DNA of 64,000 nt from an uncultured Bacteroidota bacterium (GTDB lineage Bacteria > Bacteroidota > Bacteroidia > UKL13-3). How positions within the stretch are numbered: position 1 is the stretch's first letter; each line of letters starts with the position of its first letter. The translations under genes were made by a program, and so were the position numbers. The notes beneath the pieces are model-generated. The model had not been told where the DNA came from and made no database searches. It saw only the letters and a list, made by a program, of their open reading frames with translations. The stretch is from assembly GCA_903883965.1 (NCBI GenBank), contig CAISCU010000005.1:26818-90817 (forward strand), read 5' to 3'. Below, in pieces: positions 7,690-19,047 of this stretch.

Positions 7690-10125
7690 TTAGTTGTCTT
7701 TTTTACGTCTGTTCATCAAAAATAAAACCCCAGCAATCAATAGCAATGAACCATACAAAACGCCTGAACTGGCATAAGCAATTTTTTCTCCAAATGCTAC
7801 TGTTTTAGGTTCGAACTTGAACACGATTTCATGTTTTCCTGCAGGTATTCTCAATCCCCTTAATACATAATCTGCTCTCAAATGATCTTGTAGATTGCCA
7901 TCTATGTATGCGTTCCAACCTTTGTCGTAAAAAATTTCTGAAAATATAGCCAATCCGTCCTTGTTGTTTTCTGACAGGTAATTCAATTGATTGGGTTGGT
8001 ATTTTGTCAATTTTATTTGAGCAGTACTATCTGCTAGTGGTTTTAAGTCTTTGATTTGGCTTTCAAACTTTTTATCTATGACAGCAACTTGCTTGCTTTT
8101 TAAGCCATTCAATGCTGCAATTTCTTCATCGGCATTGTTCACCCACTTAATATCGCTTACAAACCATGCATTTCCATTTACAAATGGGTTTCTTTCTGCA
8201 AATTGACGGCCTGTTGAATCGGCAACTAAAAAGTATTTTACATTGAGCATGTTGTATACTTCCATGTTTTGTTTGCTCAGGTGCCACTCAATTAATTCTT
8301 GGAACCTTCTCATTTTAGCACCATGGTAACCACCAATTGATTTGTGGTAATAAGCAGTTAAGGCATCTTTGTCAAAGTCTGTATTGTTGTTGTAAACCCT
8401 ATAATGTGGATCTGGATCCAATAATATTTGCTCGTCTACTGGCGATTTTTGAACGGCTGCCTCCGCTTTTTTACGTTCAAAATCATCATCGTTCAAATAC
8501 CTTTTGTCTACGCTCCATAAATCAATGGTAATGAACAAGCCCAAGGCTAAGATTAGTATTTCTGATTTTATTTTTTTTAGCTGGTACATCCATATCAACC
8601 CAATGCAAATAAGTATAAAAAATAAAGACCTAAACCCATCTGTTTGTAGGAGCGATTGACGGTCCGAAACCAGTGAACTTCTTAACCATTCTGGCAATCT
8701 TTCGTCTGCTGCGGCAGTAAAATCAAAAAATATTCCTGGCACCAACGCAAACAACAAACAAGCTCCGCCTACAATGCCAGCAGACCATTTCAAGGATTTT
8801 AATAAATGTTTTTTATCGATTGGGTTTTGAATGAGTTCTTTGATTGATAAAATGGCCAATAAAGGAAACAATGTTTGTGCCACACATAGTATAAAAGTAA
8901 CCGACCTGAACTTGTTGTACAAAGGAAAGTAATCAAAAAACAAATCAGTCAGCAATGGGAAATTCTTACCCATAGATAAGAAAATAGACAAAAGGGCTGC
9001 TCCAAATATCCACCATTTTTCATTTCCTTTTAAGTAAAACATACCAAATACAAACAAGAAAACAATCATTGCTCCATAGTAAATTGGTCCAGCTGTAAAA
9101 GGCTGTTCTCCCCAATAAACAGGCATTTGTTTAATGACTCTTTTGGCATCAGGAACACCGTTATCTCTTAATTTTTCATAGGTTTCGCTTGATGTAGACA
9201 TTTCTCCATTTGACGATCCACCATAAAAATTTGCCATTAACAATGTAAATGGTTCCATAACTCCGTTGCTCCAAGCCATTGCATAGTCTTTGTCTAAGCC
9301 ATTACTGCTATTGGCTGTATTTGCTTGGCCAGAGGCTGTTTGGGTGAGTTCAGATTGGCTTCTGATACTGTATTTGCCATATTCTTCAGTAGTTAATAAA
9401 CCTGTAATATTGGTGCCAATTCCTACCAATGCAGCAATCAGTAGATACGAACCTGTTAAAATAAATGCGCCAATTTTTCCAGATTGAATATGGTTAATGA
9501 GCTCTACCAACATCCAAACCAAAATGATAAAAATTAAATAATAAGTAATTTGCAAGTGACCTGCTGCCAATTCAAACGATACAGCAATACCTGTAAATAC
9601 AGCACCTAAAAGTTTGTGTTTGGTAAATGCATAGCGAATTCCTGCCAATACCAAAGGTATAAAAGCAATGGCATTGCCTTTTGTAATGTGTCCGGCATCT
9701 ATATTGATAAAATTGAAACTCGAAAATGTAAAAGCCAGGGCTCCAACTATTGCCAAGTATGGGTTTACCTCAAAAGTTAAAAGCAATATGTAAAAGCATA
9801 TAAACAACAATAGAATGGTATCTGCTGGGTGTTTGAATACATCCGAAAAGGCAAATAAAATATCTGAGGTGATATTGCCATGGTATGAAGCACCAATTAA
9901 ATAACTGGGCATGCCCCCAAATATAGAATTGGTCCAGAATGTTCTTTCTCCTGAAGCCTTTTCAAAGTTTGCAATTTCTTGGTAGGTAGCTTTCCATTGT
10001 AAAACGTCGTATTGTTTTAATACTTTACCACTGAAAATAGGGTTAAAATAACTGGCTATAACCAATAAAATAACTCCCAATGCAATGAGGTGAGGGATGA
10101 ATTTTTTAAGAAAAGTTGGTTTCAT
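7690..10125 (-). CDS. YfhO family membrane protein (GT-C-like polytopic membrane protein)
   Basis: 811 aa with many TM segments; the N-terminus (..NPIFSGKVLKQYDVLQW.ATYQE...FEKASGE...WTNSIFGGMP) is typical of YfhO. Confidence 0.7.
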   Translation of the reverse strand: MKPTFLKKFIPHLIALGVILLVIASYFNPIFSGKVLKQYDVLQWKATYQEIANFEKASGERTFWTNSIFGGMPSYLIGASYHGNITSDILFAFSDVFKHPADTILLLFICFYILLLTFEVNPYLAIVGALAFTFSSFNFINIDAGHITKGNAIAFIPLVLAGIRYAFTKHKLLGAVFTGIAVSFELAAGHLQITYYLIFIILVWMLVELINHIQSGKIGAFILTGSYLLIAALVGIGTNITGLLTTEEYGKYSIRSQSELTQTASGQANTANSSNGLDKDYAMAWSNGVMEPFTLLMANFYGGSSNGEMSTSSETYEKLRDNGVPDAKRVIKQMPVYWGEQPFTAGPIYYGAMIVFLFVFGMFYLKGNEKWWIFGAALLSIFLSMGKNFPLLTDLFFDYFPLYNKFRSVTFILCVAQTLFPLLAILSIKELIQNPIDKKHLLKSLKWSAGIVGGACLLFALVPGIFFDFTAAADERLPEWLRSSLVSDRQSLLQTDGFRSLFFILICIGLIWMYQLKKIKSEILILALGLFITIDLWSVDKRYLNDDDFERKKAEAAVQKSPVDEQILLDPDPHYRVYNNNTDFDKDALTAYYHKSIGGYHGAKMRRFQELIEWHLSKQNMEVYNMLNVKYFLVADSTGRQFAERNPFVNGNAWFVSDIKWVNNADEEIAALNGLKSKQVAVIDKKFESQIKDLKPLADSTAQIKLTKYQPNQLNYLSENNKDGLAIFSEIFYDKGWNAYIDGNLQDHLRADYVLRGLRIPAGKHEIVFKFEPKTVAFGEKIAYASSGVLYGSLLLIAGVLFLMNRRKKDN

Positions 10126-10247
10126 TTATCAAAAATTTCCGAAATATAAATAAATGGCAAGGAATTAAAGCAGATTTATGAACGAAGCGGCCATTTTCTT
10201 ATTTTATCCTATTTTTTTACTTTCTTTGGGTTTGTTTTAAGCGCAAT

Positions 10248-11048
10248 ATGATAGAACTACAAACAGATTTTAACCGGTATTTTAAACAACAATTTGATAC
10301 AACCCAACAGTTTATCATTCCATTTATTGAACAAACATTTCCAATTGCTCAGGGTACGAAATTTTTGGAAGTGGGCAGCGGATATGGAGGAATATGTAAA
10401 GCTTTTGCCGACAAAGGTTGCAGGGTCACAGGCATTGAATTATGGGATTATGCCAGCAATATTGCTAAAGATTTTTTACAAGAAGAAATAACATCGGGCA
10501 AAGTACAAATCATCAACAAAAACGTGTACGACATAAACCCTGAAAAAGACCTTGATGAAAAATTTGACCTGATATTGCTAAAAGACACCATTGAACACAT
10601 ACACGACCAAGAAAAATTTGTAGCACATATCATACATTTTTTAAAACCAGGTGGCCGAATATTTTTTGCCTTTCCACCTTGGCTCATGCCATTTGGCGGT
10701 CATCAACAAAGTTTAGATAGTAAGTTTTTACATTTCTTACCTTACTTCCATATTTTTCCAACACCAGTATATACAGCCATTTTGAAACTGTTTGGCGAGA
10801 GCGAAGGGCGTATCCGCGATATATTAGAAGTAAAGGAAACTCAAATTAGCATTAACCGATTTGAACGCATTGTCAAACGCGCTGGTTTTGTGATCAAGAA
10901 AAGAGAATTGTATTTAATCAATCCAAGTTACTTGTATAAATTTGGAGTTAAACCACGCAAACAATTTGCTTTGCTTACCGCAATTCCATGGTTGAGAGAT
11001 TGGTTTACAACAACCTGTTATTACGTATTGGAACGCCCTAAAAACTAA
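10248..11048 (+). CDS. class I SAM-dependent methyltransferase
   Basis: Motif I LEVGSGYGGICKAFADKGCRVTGIE and a downstream acidic motif LILLKDTIEH. Confidence 0.7.
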   Translation: MIELQTDFNRYFKQQFDTTQQFIIPFIEQTFPIAQGTKFLEVGSGYGGICKAFADKGCRVTGIELWDYASNIAKDFLQEEITSGKVQIINKNVYDINPEKDLDEKFDLILLKDTIEHIHDQEKFVAHIIHFLKPGGRIFFAFPPWLMPFGGHQQSLDSKFLHFLPYFHIFPTPVYTAILKLFGESEGRIRDILEVKETQISINRFERIVKRAGFVIKKRELYLINPSYLYKFGVKPRKQFALLTAIPWLRDWFTTTCYYVLERPKN

Positions 11049-13030
11049 TGTTCAGGTTTTGGTGAAGGCTTGCCAAAGGTGTTTTTGCTGTACACCCTTT
11101 GCAATTTAAATTCTCTTGGCTGGGTAATCATTAAAGGAACTGTTTCTACTAAAACAGAAGAGGTATCTAAGCCAAATGCTTTTTCTTCGCTCAAACTTAA
11201 CTTGTCTAAGGTAAAGTACATCTCCATAATTCGTTTCTCTATTCCACTCAATTCATTGTCGTGAGAGAGGTGCCTTTTTAATACAACAAATCGGAAATCA
11301 CCTGTGATGTTTTGCCCCCTTAAAGAGGCGTATCTAGAACGCACATCAACTTCCCCATTTTTAACCAATTCTTCTACAACACGTCTGAAATAGAAGTTTA
11401 TTTTTTGTTCTACCCTAAAGCCCAACCTAAATTCTACCCGAACCACATCGTTTGGAATAATGTGATCTACGCGGTATTCCATGGTATAAGGCTTGTCATC
11501 TACATGTATATGAACAAACCAATAAACGTCTGCCCTTTTGGGCCTTTTCTGCAAAATAGAATAAATTACCTTGTTCTCTATTTCCATTAAATTATCTGCA
11601 CTAGTTAGGTAAACCAAATGGGTAGAATATTTTGAAATGGAATTGTCTTTGCTTAATTCAAATAAAAGCGGCAAGTAGTCTTTTAAATTCACAAATTCTG
11701 TAAGCCTATTTTTGATTTTACGCCCTCTATACCATATATACATAACAGCCATAAAAGCTGAACTAACCAATAAGGTCATCCAACCACCTGCAGGAATTTT
11801 ATCGATATTGGCAATTAAAAATGCGGCCTCAATGGTAGCATAAATCAATGATAGCAAAACAATGAGTAATTTAGGAGCCTTTATTTTTTGCAAGAAGTTC
11901 ATGAGTAAAATGGTAGTCATAATCATGGTGATGATAATGGCCAGACCATATGCTGCTTCCATTTTTGCCGACTCTTTAAAATACAAAACAATGGTAACGC
12001 AACCTATCCATAGGAGCCAATTGACACTTGGCACATAAATTTGTCCTTTTAAATTGGTTGGGTATTTGATGGTTACTTTAGGCCAAACATTGAGCCTGAG
12101 TGCTTCTGCCACAAGTGTAAATGAACCACTTATTAATGCCTGTGATGCTATAATAGCCGCAACAGTTGCCACTACAATGCCTGTTAATAAAAACCATTCA
12201 GGCATGATTGAGAAAAACGGATTTTGCTCTTCAGGAATTCTTGTATGTAGGTGTTGCAATACCCATGCACCCTGACCAAAATAGTTTAATAGCAATGTGA
12301 CTTTTACAAATGCCCAGCTGACTCTGATATTGTTTTTGCCACAGTGACCCATGTCTGAATACAGGGCTTCTGCACCAGTTGAACATAAAAATACAGCACC
12401 TAATAACCAAAAACCTTCAGGATAATTTACTAAAAAATCATAGGCATAGTAGGGGTTCAAAGCTTTTAATATAGCTGGGTTTTGAACAATTGATAAAGTG
12501 CCTAAAACACCCAACATGCTAAACCAAATTAACATTACTGGGCCAAACATTTTACCTACAATTGAAGTTCCCATTCTTTGCATTAAAAACAACAGCGTAA
12601 TAATGCTCAACACAATTGGTATGGTTGGAATATTTGGGTTTAATATGAGCAATCCCTCTACTGCAGACGAAACCGAAATAGGAGGTGTAATCATGCCATC
12701 TGCCAACAATGTACAACCACCAATAATAGCAGGAACTATTAAATAAGGCTTTCTTCTTTTAACAAGTGCAAAAAGTGAAAATATACCGCCTTCCCCATTG
12801 TTGTCTGCTTTGAGAGCAAGGGTTACATATTTAACGGTAGTCAGAAGGGTAATTGTCCAAACAATACACGACAATCCTCCGTAAATTAACTGTTCGCTAA
12901 TTTCACGTCCTTTAATGATGGCTTTCACCACATAAAGCGGTGAAGTGCCTATGTCTCCATAGATAATGCCGAGGGCTACAATAAGCCCAGCCACAGAAAC
13001 TTTGTGGCTATTCTCATGATGATGATCCAC
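11045..13030 (-). CDS. kup: KUP/HAK/KT family potassium transporter
   Basis: Kup signature GDIGTSPLYV near the N-terminus, 12 TM segments plus a cytoplasmic C-domain. GTG start. It overlaps the convergent methyltransferase gene by 4 bp. Confidence 0.9.
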   Translation of the reverse strand: MDHHHENSHKVSVAGLIVALGIIYGDIGTSPLYVVKAIIKGREISEQLIYGGLSCIVWTITLLTTVKYVTLALKADNNGEGGIFSLFALVKRRKPYLIVPAIIGGCTLLADGMITPPISVSSAVEGLLILNPNIPTIPIVLSIITLLFLMQRMGTSIVGKMFGPVMLIWFSMLGVLGTLSIVQNPAILKALNPYYAYDFLVNYPEGFWLLGAVFLCSTGAEALYSDMGHCGKNNIRVSWAFVKVTLLLNYFGQGAWVLQHLHTRIPEEQNPFFSIMPEWFLLTGIVVATVAAIIASQALISGSFTLVAEALRLNVWPKVTIKYPTNLKGQIYVPSVNWLLWIGCVTIVLYFKESAKMEAAYGLAIIITMIMTTILLMNFLQKIKAPKLLIVLLSLIYATIEAAFLIANIDKIPAGGWMTLLVSSAFMAVMYIWYRGRKIKNRLTEFVNLKDYLPLLFELSKDNSISKYSTHLVYLTSADNLMEIENKVIYSILQKRPKRADVYWFVHIHVDDKPYTMEYRVDHIIPNDVVRVEFRLGFRVEQKINFYFRRVVEELVKNGEVDVRSRYASLRGQNITGDFRFVVLKRHLSHDNELSGIEKRIMEMYFTLDKLSLSEEKAFGLDTSSVLVETVPLMITQPREFKLQRVYSKNTFGKPSPKPEH

Positions 13031-13096
13031 TTGAAAATATAATCAGGGAACAAATGTATCAATTAGACGGCACAATCAAACTAATTTTTTCAAGTC

Positions 13097-15316
13097 TTAG
13101 TTTGCCATCTCTGAGATGAAGTGTATATGCATCAATTGCAGGTCGTCTTTACTAAACTCTTCACCATATTCTTTGAGGGCTGTAGCCATTACATTGTCTG
13201 GGGTGCTTCTAAAGAAATCCATCACTTCATCTACAATTTCTTCTTCAGTAATTTCATAGACATAGGCTTTTAAATTGAGCTTGGTTCCACTGTTTACAAT
13301 GTTTTCTATTTCTACCAACAACTCGTCTTTTTTCAAGCCTTGTCCTCTAGCAATGTCGTCTAGCGAAACCCTTTTGTCGATATTAGTGATGATGGCAATT
13401 TTGCGCGCAGATTTATTGACCACCGACTTAATCACAACGTCTTCGGTTCTTTCTATGTCGTTTTCTTTGACATATAAATCGATGAGTTCGGCAAATGGTT
13501 TTCCAAATTTGTTGGCTTTGCCACTACTTACACCAGATATTTTACTAATTTCTTCTAGTGTAATTGGGTATTTCAAGGCCATTTCTTCCAATGAAGGCTC
13601 TTGGAAAATGATATAAGGAGGTAAACCTTTTTCTTTGGCTATTTTTTTTCTGAGCTCTTTGAGCAATTCAAGCAATACTTCGTCGTAAACTCCTTCGGGT
13701 TCTGGATTGCTGTCATCATCATCAGCAATTTTTTCGAATTTATGGTCTAAGCTAACGGCAAATGGAGCAGGAGATTGAATAAATGTTACCCCTTTTTCAT
13801 TTAAACTTAAAAGGCCATAATTTTCTATATTTTTGGTGATATAGCCTTGCAAGAGCAATTGTCTGATAACAGATTTCCAATAATTTTCTTCACGTGATTT
13901 GCCTATTCCAAAAACGGCAAGTTCGTGGTGTCCGCTCATGGTAATTTCATGGGTTTTATGACCCATCAATACATCTACAATGTGTTTTAAATTGTATTTG
14001 CCTTTTACCTCAGCAATTAGCTCAAGTGCATGAACGGCAGAAGCGGTGGCGTCTTCTTTTTCTTTAGGATGCTTGCAATTGTCGCACATGGCATTGCAAT
14101 TTTTATCATCAAATTCTTCACCAAAATAATGCAATAGAAATTTCCTTCTGCACGATGCCGATTCAGCAAAAGCTTGGGTTTCAAAAATCAACAATTCGCC
14201 TATTTCTCTTTCAGCAACAGGCTTGTCTTTTAAAAATTTTTCGAGTTTATCAATATCGGCCGGATTGTAAAACAATACGCATTCTCCCACCAATCCATCA
14301 CGTCCGCCTCTTCCAGTTTCTTGGTAATATCCTTCAATACTTTTAGGTATATCATAATGAATTACAAAGCGCACATCAGGCTTGTCTATACCCATTCCAA
14401 AAGCAATGGTTGCCACAATGACATCGGCATCCTCCATTAAAAAACGGTCTTGGTGGTCTGCCCTCACTTTGGCATCTAAACCTGCATGGTAAGGTAAAGC
14501 CTTGATGCCATTTGCTTGTAAAATACCAGCAATTTCATCTACTCTTTTTCTACTCAAACAATAAATAATTCCTGATTTTCCCTGTCTTGCCTTTATAAAT
14601 GATACGATTTCTTTAATGGCTTCACCTTTTTTGCCCTTAGACCTTACATCATAGTAAAGATTTGCTCTGTTAAACGAAGATTTGTATACCGTTGCATCAG
14701 ACATTTGAAGGTTTTTCATGATGTCTGACTGTACTTTTGGTGTAGCCGTTGCAGTTAAAGCAATCATTGGAACATCTTTGATTTCTTTCACCATTTGTTT
14801 AATTCTACGGTATTCTGGTCTAAAATCATGTCCCCATTCTGAAATACAATGGGCTTCGTCAACTGCTACAAATGAAATATCGATGGTTTTTAAAAAATCG
14901 AGGGTTTCGTCTTTTTTGAGGGTTTCAGGAGCAATGTACAACATTTTGGTTTGACCCGCATTGATGTCTTTTTTTACAGTACTGATTTCACCCTTGTTTA
15001 GAGATGAGTTCAGAAAATGGGCTACTTTATCATGTGACAGCGATCGCAAGGCATCTACCTGGTTTTTCATCAATGCTATCAAAGGAGAAATGATGATGGC
15101 TGTTCCAGGCATGATCATGGCGGGCAATTGGTAACAGACAGATTTTCCTCCACCGGTAGGCATAATTACAAATGTGTCATTGCCTGCCAATAAATTAGTA
15201 ATAATCTGCTCTTGTTCACCTTTAAAACTATTGAACCCAAAGTATGTATTGAGAGCTTGTTTTAAATCTATAGGTTCTTTCGCGTTGTTTAATATTGGGC
15301 GATTTTGTTCAGCCAT
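13097..15316 (-). CDS. recQ: ATP-dependent DNA helicase RecQ
   Basis: Helicase motifs (PTGGGKS, DEAH), a RecQ C-terminal Zn-binding Cys cluster, an HRDC-like region and a C-terminal extension. Confidence 0.9.
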   Translation of the reverse strand: MAEQNRPILNNAKEPIDLKQALNTYFGFNSFKGEQEQIITNLLAGNDTFVIMPTGGGKSVCYQLPAMIMPGTAIIISPLIALMKNQVDALRSLSHDKVAHFLNSSLNKGEISTVKKDINAGQTKMLYIAPETLKKDETLDFLKTIDISFVAVDEAHCISEWGHDFRPEYRRIKQMVKEIKDVPMIALTATATPKVQSDIMKNLQMSDATVYKSSFNRANLYYDVRSKGKKGEAIKEIVSFIKARQGKSGIIYCLSRKRVDEIAGILQANGIKALPYHAGLDAKVRADHQDRFLMEDADVIVATIAFGMGIDKPDVRFVIHYDIPKSIEGYYQETGRGGRDGLVGECVLFYNPADIDKLEKFLKDKPVAEREIGELLIFETQAFAESASCRRKFLLHYFGEEFDDKNCNAMCDNCKHPKEKEDATASAVHALELIAEVKGKYNLKHIVDVLMGHKTHEITMSGHHELAVFGIGKSREENYWKSVIRQLLLQGYITKNIENYGLLSLNEKGVTFIQSPAPFAVSLDHKFEKIADDDDSNPEPEGVYDEVLLELLKELRKKIAKEKGLPPYIIFQEPSLEEMALKYPITLEEISKISGVSSGKANKFGKPFAELIDLYVKENDIERTEDVVIKSVVNKSARKIAIITNIDKRVSLDDIARGQGLKKDELLVEIENIVNSGTKLNLKAYVYEITEEEIVDEVMDFFRSTPDNVMATALKEYGEEFSKDDLQLMHIHFISEMAN

Positions 15317-15483
15317 TTTTGTAAGTAATTGAAATAGAACAATATAAACGCTTTTTGTGCCGTAAAATTGTTCGAATGCTTGTTTAAATATCTGTGTACT
15401 AAGTTAAGCCTAACATTTCTAATTTTAAAATAATACTATGAAATCTTTGGAAAATACAAGCTAATTTGCGTCTGATTTAAATT

Positions 15484-16572
15484 ATGCAAAACAAAAATAA
15501 TTATGCAATTATCATGGCGGGCGGTATTGGCAGCCGTTTTTGGCCATCAAGCAGAAGCAATTATCCAAAGCAGTTTTTAGATATACTTGGAACAGGCAGT
15601 TCTTTATTGCAGCAAACCTACAAGAGGTTTCTGCATGATTTTTTACCTGAAAACATATATATAGTAACCAACCAGGGATATGTTGGATTGGTGAAAGAGC
15701 AATTGCCCGCTATACAGTCTCAACAAATTTTAGCTGAGCCAATGGGTAAAAATACAGCTGCCTGTGTTGCCTATGCCTGTGGTAAAATTAGTAAAATAAA
15801 TACACATGCCATTTGTATTGTTGCCCCAAGTGACCACTTAATTTTAGACGAAACTTTGTTTTTAGCCAATGTGCAAGAAGCCATTCATTTTGCACAAAAA
15901 AACCATGCATTGGTAACATTGGGAATTCACCCAACTAGGCCAGATACAGGCTATGGCTATATCCAATATTTAGAGAGTGCTAGCGAACTAAAAAAGGTAA
16001 AAACTTTTACTGAAAAGCCTTCTTTAGATTTGGCAAAAGCTTTTTTAAACAGTGGCGATTTTTTATGGAATGCCGGAATTTTCATTTTTAGTATTTCTAC
16101 CATTAAATCAGCATTTAAGGAATTTGTGCCCGAGCAATTTGCACTGTTTAAAGAGGCTTTAGATGCTTATTTTACTGACAAAGAGTCGGAGGTGATTCAA
16201 CAAATTTATGAGCAAACCAGGGCCGTTTCTATAGATTACGGAATCATGGAAAAAGCTTCAAATGTGTATGTATTGCCTGCTACATTTGGCTGGAACGATT
16301 TAGGTACTTGGGTTTCTTTGTATGATATTTCAGAAAAGGATGCGGACCATAATGTAAAAAAGGGTACGCATATTTTAACGTACAATACCACCAATTGTAT
16401 GGTAGATAAATCGTTGGCTCCCGCCTCTAAAATGGTTGTATTAAATGGGGTTCAAGACTTAATTGTTGTTGACACACCAGATGTTTTGTTAATTTCTGAT
16501 AAGTCTAAAGAGCAAGAGGTGAAAGATATTTTTACAGATATCAAAGTCAAATTCAACGAGAAATATTCATAA
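15484..16572 (+). CDS. manC: mannose-1-phosphate guanylyltransferase (GDP-mannose pyrophosphorylase)
   Basis: N-terminal nucleotidyltransferase motif AIIMAGGIGSRFWP.S; ~360 aa without a PMI domain. Confidence 0.8.
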   Translation: MQNKNNYAIIMAGGIGSRFWPSSRSNYPKQFLDILGTGSSLLQQTYKRFLHDFLPENIYIVTNQGYVGLVKEQLPAIQSQQILAEPMGKNTAACVAYACGKISKINTHAICIVAPSDHLILDETLFLANVQEAIHFAQKNHALVTLGIHPTRPDTGYGYIQYLESASELKKVKTFTEKPSLDLAKAFLNSGDFLWNAGIFIFSISTIKSAFKEFVPEQFALFKEALDAYFTDKESEVIQQIYEQTRAVSIDYGIMEKASNVYVLPATFGWNDLGTWVSLYDISEKDADHNVKKGTHILTYNTTNCMVDKSLAPASKMVVLNGVQDLIVVDTPDVLLISDKSKEQEVKDIFTDIKVKFNEKYS

Positions 16573-16580
16573 AACTTTCA

Positions 16581-17501
16581 ATGAATAGTCCAGCTTATTT
16601 AAAACCAGGGTCGACAATAGCTATTGCTGCAAGTGCAAGAAAAGTAAACTTTGCTGAAATAGCCGATGCCATTGCTTTGCTTGAATCTTGGGGTTTAAAA
16701 GTTGTTTTGTCTGAAACCATTTATGCAGTTGAGCACCAGTTTGCTGGTACAGATACAGAAAGAACGATGGGTTTGCAGCAGCTATTGGACGACCCAAGCA
16801 TTCATGCAATTTTATTTGCTAGGGGTGGTTATGGCAGTGTGAGAATCATTGATGCATTGAATTTTGACAAATTTGTGCAACATCCAAAATGGTTAATAGG
16901 TTTCAGTGACATCACCGTTTTTTTGGCTCATTTAGCTGCTAAATTCAAAGTATCCAGTATGCATGCCTGTATGGCTTTTAGTATGCAACCAGAACGCTTT
17001 GATCCAGTATCTGTAGAGAGTTTAAAAAATGCATTATTTGGAAGAGGTATTGCATTTGAATTGAGCCAACATGCGCTCAATACCAACCTGCCAACTGAAC
17101 CTTTTTCCGGACAATTGATAGGAGGTAATTTATCTGTATTGTATGCTTTAATGGGTTCAGGAAGTTTGCCCAATTCAACCGATAAAATTTTGTTTTTAGA
17201 AGACCTTGATGAATACTTATACCACATAGACCGTATGCTGATGGGGTTGAAGCGTGCTCATTTTTTTAAAGGCCTCAAAGCTGTTTTAATAGGCGGTATG
17301 AGTGACATGAAAGACAATGCCATTCCGTTCGGTAAAAGTGCAAATGAAATTATTTTAGATGTATTGGCCGAATACCAAATTCCAATTGTATTTGGGTTGC
17401 CTTGTGGTCACGAAAAAGTGAACAACTGTTTGGTGATGGGTGAAACCATTACTTTAACAAGCACTCCAACCAAAATTAGCTGTACCCAAAAAGGCGCTTA
17501 A
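16581..17501 (+). CDS. LD-carboxypeptidase (peptidase S66, LdcA/MccF family)
   Basis: S66 nucleophile motif GFSDITVF and the expected length (~306 aa). Confidence 0.8.
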   Translation: MNSPAYLKPGSTIAIAASARKVNFAEIADAIALLESWGLKVVLSETIYAVEHQFAGTDTERTMGLQQLLDDPSIHAILFARGGYGSVRIIDALNFDKFVQHPKWLIGFSDITVFLAHLAAKFKVSSMHACMAFSMQPERFDPVSVESLKNALFGRGIAFELSQHALNTNLPTEPFSGQLIGGNLSVLYALMGSGSLPNSTDKILFLEDLDEYLYHIDRMLMGLKRAHFFKGLKAVLIGGMSDMKDNAIPFGKSANEIILDVLAEYQIPIVFGLPCGHEKVNNCLVMGETITLTSTPTKISCTQKGA

Positions 17502-18928
17502 AAGTAAATTTTACAAACGCCTATTCCTGCAATTACACAAACCAAATCTACCAATAGCATAATACCCAAGGTATAACGTGCATCTTTTACTTTAACTGAG
17601 CCAAAATATAAGGCAACCACATAAAAAGTGGTTTCAGCAGCTCCTTGAAACAAACAAGACAATTGCCCAGTTAAACTATCGGGCCCATAGGTTTTCATGG
17701 CATCTAACATAAATCCCCTTGCTCCACCCGCACTGAAAGGTCTCATGAGTGCAACCGGAATTGATTGTACAATTTGAGGGTCAACATGAAATGCATTCAT
17801 TAGGCTAGTTAATCCCGACATGAGCAACTCCATTAAAGATGAATTTCTGAACACAGACAAGGCAACCAACATGGCAATCATATATGGTAAAACCCTTACT
17901 CCTGTTGTAAATCCATCTTTGGCACCTTCAATGAATGAGTCAAATAAATTGGAATTGTTAGCCGAAAAAAGTTTTTCATTGAAAACAGCATATGCTACAA
18001 TCAACAATACAATAGACAATAAAACCACATTGCTCAAGTTGCCCGTAAAATGAATTTTTTCGAGTCCAATGAGCTGTTGAATGTATACCATCAACAATAC
18101 AATTAAACCCGCCACAATGCTCACAGCACCTATCACTACACCATTGAGTAAGTTTATTTTTTGTTTGATACTTACAAATAACAAAGCAGCCAATGTACCA
18201 ATAAATGAAGTGACAATGGTAGGAACCATAATGTCTGCAGGGTTACTGGCATGTTGTGCAGCTCTATATCCAATAATTGAGGTTGGTATAAGGGTTAAAC
18301 CAGCTGCGTGCAAACACAAAAACATAATTTGGCTGTTAGAGGCTTTGTCTTTGTTAGCGTTCACTTGTTGCATGCTTTCCATTGCTTTGAGTCCAAATGG
18401 GGTAGCGGCATTGTCTAGGCCTAAAAAATTAGCTGCAAAATTCATGGTCATATAGCCAAATGCTTCATGATTTTTAGGTAGTTCAGGAAAAATGCGTTCA
18501 AAAAATGGGGCCAATTTAACAGCAATTTTATCGATGGCTTTGGCATCTTTTAATAGATTGAGTAAGCCACAAAAAAAAGTCAGGTAGCCAATTAGAGGCA
18601 ACCACAAATCGGTCATGGTGTTTTTGCAGGTAGTAAACATGCCGTCTGCAGCCTGTTTGCCATAGTAAACCTCTAGTGTTTGTTTATTTGTTAGTTGGTA
18701 CAAGGTATCGTTAGCAAGCACTTGTTTGTTATCGGCGGCCTGAATTTGTTGCACAAAAACACTGTCAAATTGAGCGGGATCAAAGCTCATTTCTTTTTGC
18801 AAAATGGGGTCGCTTTGTTTGCCATTTACCAAGCCATTCAGGGTGTACATTTTTCCTGTACCCATCAAATAAAATACAAAACAAATACTGGCTATTAACA
18901 TCCAGCTCCAAAATCTACTTAATGCCAT
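17498..18928 (-). CDS. nucleoside recognition (Gate) domain-containing membrane protein
   Basis: Polytopic membrane protein of 476 aa resembling fused SpmA/SpmB-like Gate domains. Confidence 0.5.
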   Translation of the reverse strand: MALSRFWSWMLIASICFVFYLMGTGKMYTLNGLVNGKQSDPILQKEMSFDPAQFDSVFVQQIQAADNKQVLANDTLYQLTNKQTLEVYYGKQAADGMFTTCKNTMTDLWLPLIGYLTFFCGLLNLLKDAKAIDKIAVKLAPFFERIFPELPKNHEAFGYMTMNFAANFLGLDNAATPFGLKAMESMQQVNANKDKASNSQIMFLCLHAAGLTLIPTSIIGYRAAQHASNPADIMVPTIVTSFIGTLAALLFVSIKQKINLLNGVVIGAVSIVAGLIVLLMVYIQQLIGLEKIHFTGNLSNVVLLSIVLLIVAYAVFNEKLFSANNSNLFDSFIEGAKDGFTTGVRVLPYMIAMLVALSVFRNSSLMELLMSGLTSLMNAFHVDPQIVQSIPVALMRPFSAGGARGFMLDAMKTYGPDSLTGQLSCLFQGAAETTFYVVALYFGSVKVKDARYTLGIMLLVDLVCVIAGIGVCKIYF

Positions 18929-19010
18929 ATCATGAGATTATACTCAATTGTAAGCATTCTGTCTCAAAGCAAAAAGAAATTCTTTTCCATGCTGTGGATA
19001 GTAAAGGATG

Positions 19011-19045
19011 CAAAAAAAATCCCGGTCTATGCAGACCGGGATTTT
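19011..19045 (-). terminator. Rho-independent terminator of rpoD
   Basis: Minus-strand hairpin (ATCCCGGTCT-GCAT-AGACCGGGAT) followed by a T8 run, 3 nt past the rpoD stop. Confidence 0.55.
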
Positions 19046-19047
19046 AC

